NCBI GenBank assembly: GCA_950072105.1
Contig: CATMOE010000010.1
Span: 1 to 64,000, forward strand
Direction of reading: 5' to 3'
DNA: 64,000 bases
From: an uncultured Dehalococcoidia bacterium
GTDB taxonomy: Bacteria; Chloroflexota; Dehalococcoidia; Lucifugimonadales; UBA3495
A program made the position numbers and the translations under genes. The stretch's first letter is position 1, and each line of letters starts with the position of its first letter. Below the pieces are notes generated by a model. That model was given only the letters and a program-made list of their open reading frames with translations, ran no database searches and had not been told where the DNA came from. This document shows, piece by piece, positions 61,536 to 64,000 of the stretch.

Positions 61536-62501
61536 ATGGCACAGCCAGATAAGAACCGGTCCTTTTACTCCAAATATTTTCGGGAAGGCGAAGTTCTGCA
61601 CGGATTGCAGGTCCAGCCGGACGACCGCGAGTGGGTTCTATCCGTGCCTAAAGACGACGTTAAACCACATGATGTAGTCCTGTATCTGGGATGCAACGTG
61701 TTGAAAACCAGCAATCTAGTTCAGACGGTGGTGGATATATTCAAGTTGATGGATGTGGACTTCGTCGCGGTGGGCGGCGCCTCTTATTGCTGCGGGATCC
61801 AGCATTTCCAGCGAGGGGACGAGTCAGCGGCTCGCTCGATGTCGCGCACAACCATGGATAATTTCAAAAAGTTCCAGCCCGAGCAGGTGGTGATGTGGTG
61901 TCCTTCCTGCATCTACTTCTACGATGACATCATGGACCTAAAGGAAGAGATGCCCTTCCAGCACGTGACCGAATTCCTGATGCAGAACCTGGACAAGCTG
62001 GACTTCAAGCCCCAGCCGGAAGCGAAAGTGAGCCTGCACTACCATACGGGAAGGGAACAATCGGACATTGAGGCCCGCTCCGCTTTTCAACTTCTGTCCT
62101 TATTACCGGGCATCGAAGTGGCCGACTTGGGTAGCGATGCCCGGCTCAGCCGCCACTGCACGGCCGCGGCAAGGGAAAAAACCGGCGCCGAGATATGGGA
62201 CGGCATCATCAAGGGATCATTCGACCGGGCCGTGGAAGAAAACGTGGACATCTACTCCACCCTATACCACGGTTGCCAGCGTGACCTTTGCCGCCACGAA
62301 AAAGACTACCCCCTAAGGGTTGACCACTACCTGACGTTGGTGGGACGGGCGCTGGGCATCGAACATGAGGACCTGTACAAGAAATACATGATGATGGGCG
62401 ACCTGGAAGGCATCCTAGCTGAAACCAGCCCCTGTTCCGTTGCCAGCGGCATCAAGCCGGAAGAGGCCCGAGAGATCATACAGAAGACTTTCGTGAGCTA
62501 G
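61536..62501 (+). CDS. CCG-domain Fe-S protein (HdrB/GlcF-like)
   Basis: YLGC, YCCG, WCPSC, YHGC; AGGAG RBS before MAQPD. Confidence 0.75.
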   Translation: MAQPDKNRSFYSKYFREGEVLHGLQVQPDDREWVLSVPKDDVKPHDVVLYLGCNVLKTSNLVQTVVDIFKLMDVDFVAVGGASYCCGIQHFQRGDESAARSMSRTTMDNFKKFQPEQVVMWCPSCIYFYDDIMDLKEEMPFQHVTEFLMQNLDKLDFKPQPEAKVSLHYHTGREQSDIEARSAFQLLSLLPGIEVADLGSDARLSRHCTAAAREKTGAEIWDGIIKGSFDRAVEENVDIYSTLYHGCQRDLCRHEKDYPLRVDHYLTLVGRALGIEHEDLYKKYMMMGDLEGILAETSPCSVASGIKPEEAREIIQKTFVS

Positions 62502-62787
62502 GGCGGCCCTGACTTCTCGGAACCGGCTTCGTCCGGCGGCAGATGTCTGCTGCCGGCGGTTAGCCAGTTAGATCGCGTCATCACCTCTTTGGCAAACAAC
62601 TCCATGAACCGCATCACCTTGTCTTGCTCCAATTTCTGATGTGCGTGTTGGCCCCGAACCACTGAACGTCGTGCCGGCGCTCCAGACCGGTTGACCCTCC
62701 CCCACGGTTCCCATACAATTGGCTTCCGAATCGTTCCTAGCATATTGAACGCAACGCCCTCGCGTATATCGGGAGGCAGGAGGAACC

Positions 62788-63615
62788 ATGGCGCAAGAAG
62801 GATATTCGCATCCGGAGTTCTTGGTGGATGCCGAGTGGGTGGACGCCCATAAGGACGATGCCAACGTTGTTATCGTTGATTGCGACGTCGAGGTAGGCTT
62901 TGTCCGGGGCCACATCCCCGAGTCCGTGTTGGTGCCCGACAACTACGAGAAGAACCCGGACACGGGCCGGGTCCTTCTGATGGAACCGGACCAGTTCAAG
63001 GCCATGTGTCAGGGACTGGGTATCGGTGACGACACTCTAGTCATCGCATACGACAACTCCCAGAGCCTCACTGCCGCCCGGCTGTGGTGGGCGCTTAACA
63101 CCTATGGCCACGGCAACGTCAAGGTGCTGGACGGCGGGTGGCGCCGCTGGGTGTCCGAGGGCCACAAGATCAGCTTCGACCGTGCCCACCCCAACACCAA
63201 CGTGACCTTCACTCCCAAGCGCGATGAGTCGCTGCTAGTCAAGGTCGACGAACTCAAAGCCGCCTGTAATCTGGACAGCGCGGTTATCTGGGACGTGCGG
63301 AGCAACGGAGAGTGGGACGGCAGCGCTGGCCGGGGCAACAAGCGAGTCGGCCACGTACCGGGAGCGGTGCATCTGGAATGGTTCAACCTGATGGACCGGG
63401 ACACGCACCAGTTCAAGTCCGCCGGAGACATACGGCGCATCTTGTCTGAGAATGGCATCACGCCGGACAAGAACGTTTACACGTATTGACAGGGTGGCAT
63501 CCGAGCGGCGAACAGTGTGTTCGTCATGCAGTTGGTGGGATACAACAACACTAAGAACTACGATGGCTCCATGGGCGAATGGGCCAACATGGAGGACACT
63601 CCGCTGGAGGTCTAA
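62788..63615 (+). CDS. Selenocysteine-containing tandem rhodanese (SseA/TST-type sulfurtransferase), 275 aa
   Basis: TGA at 63487-63489 occupies the active-site position (TY-U-QGGIRA); the frame continues to the rhodanese signature YDGSMGEW and TAA at 63613-63615. Confidence 0.88.
63497..63529 (+). promoter_or_regulatory. Putative bacterial SECIS hairpin
   Basis: ggcgaaca-GTG-tgttcgtc stem-loop (63507-63525) with outer gcat/atgc pairing; loop about 25 nt after the UGA. Confidence 0.65.
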
Positions 63616-63662
63616 GCGGCAACCAAGCAATGAAATGATATGAGGAGCTTCGGACGGACGAC

Positions 63663-63953
63663 ATAGCAACATACGTTATTGGCGCAGTGCTAAGTGTGAA
63701 AGACCCAGAGAAGTTCGCCGCCTACCAACAGGCCGCCGGACCCACCGTGGCCCTATACGGCGGCAAGATCTTGGGTGGCGGTACCAACATTGAAGTTGCC
63801 GACGGAACCTGGTCACCCATCGGCATGGTGGTGATCGAGTTCGAAACCATGGCCAAGGCCAAGGAGTGGTACACATCGCCGGAATACACCGCGGTAAAAT
63901 CCGGGCGGTTGGACAGCACCGACGGCGGCTTGGTATTCCTGGACGCGGGTTAA
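63663..63953 (+). CDS. DUF1330 domain protein
   Basis: YVI..V.DPEKF..Y, YGGK, VVIEF...A.EWY.SPEY; homology begins at an ATA codon (63663). Confidence 0.85.
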   Translation: MATYVIGAVLSVKDPEKFAAYQQAAGPTVALYGGKILGGGTNIEVADGTWSPIGMVVIEFETMAKAKEWYTSPEYTAVKSGRLDSTDGGLVFLDAG

Positions 63954-64000
63954 TCCACTGGTCCAGGACCATCCGCGACGACTGCTGTATCACTTGATTG

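Noticed and set aside
63954..64000. Gene entering from the right edge
   Set aside because: Too little sequence to assign a frame or product.

Overview
GC-rich bacterial chromosome segment. The gene content (many LLM, MFS, rhodanese and acyl-CoA dehydrogenase-like paralogues, NurA, SelB) resembles Chloroflexota/Dehalococcoidia such as SAR202; this taxonomy is inference only. It holds an arginine biosynthesis operon interrupted by a UPF0182 gene and a DUF433/DUF5615 toxin-antitoxin pair, housekeeping genes (pcrA, hemW, selB, nurA) and many sulfur-related genes. Three signals are missed by the ORF track. (1) A leaderless 20-aa Cys-rich leader peptide (MSLVSINCCICTCPPTEGAG) with mutually exclusive hairpins and a terminator lies directly upstream of the sulfite reductase-hemD operon, which looks like a cysteine-sensing attenuator. 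(2) A two-domain sulfurtransferase has an in-frame UGA at its catalytic Cys position followed by a SECIS-like hairpin, i.e. a probable selenoprotein. (3) The 5' end of selB is duplicated (111 bp, only synonymous differences) around an AT-richer DUF4926 cassette. Also present: a thiol dioxygenase/rhodanese/sulfite oxidase cluster, a Cys-rich PadR-arsM unit, a doubly disrupted pseudogene and several REP-like palindrome families. No rRNA, tRNA, CRISPR array, transposase or integrase was recognised. All product calls come from motif recognition by eye, not database searches.
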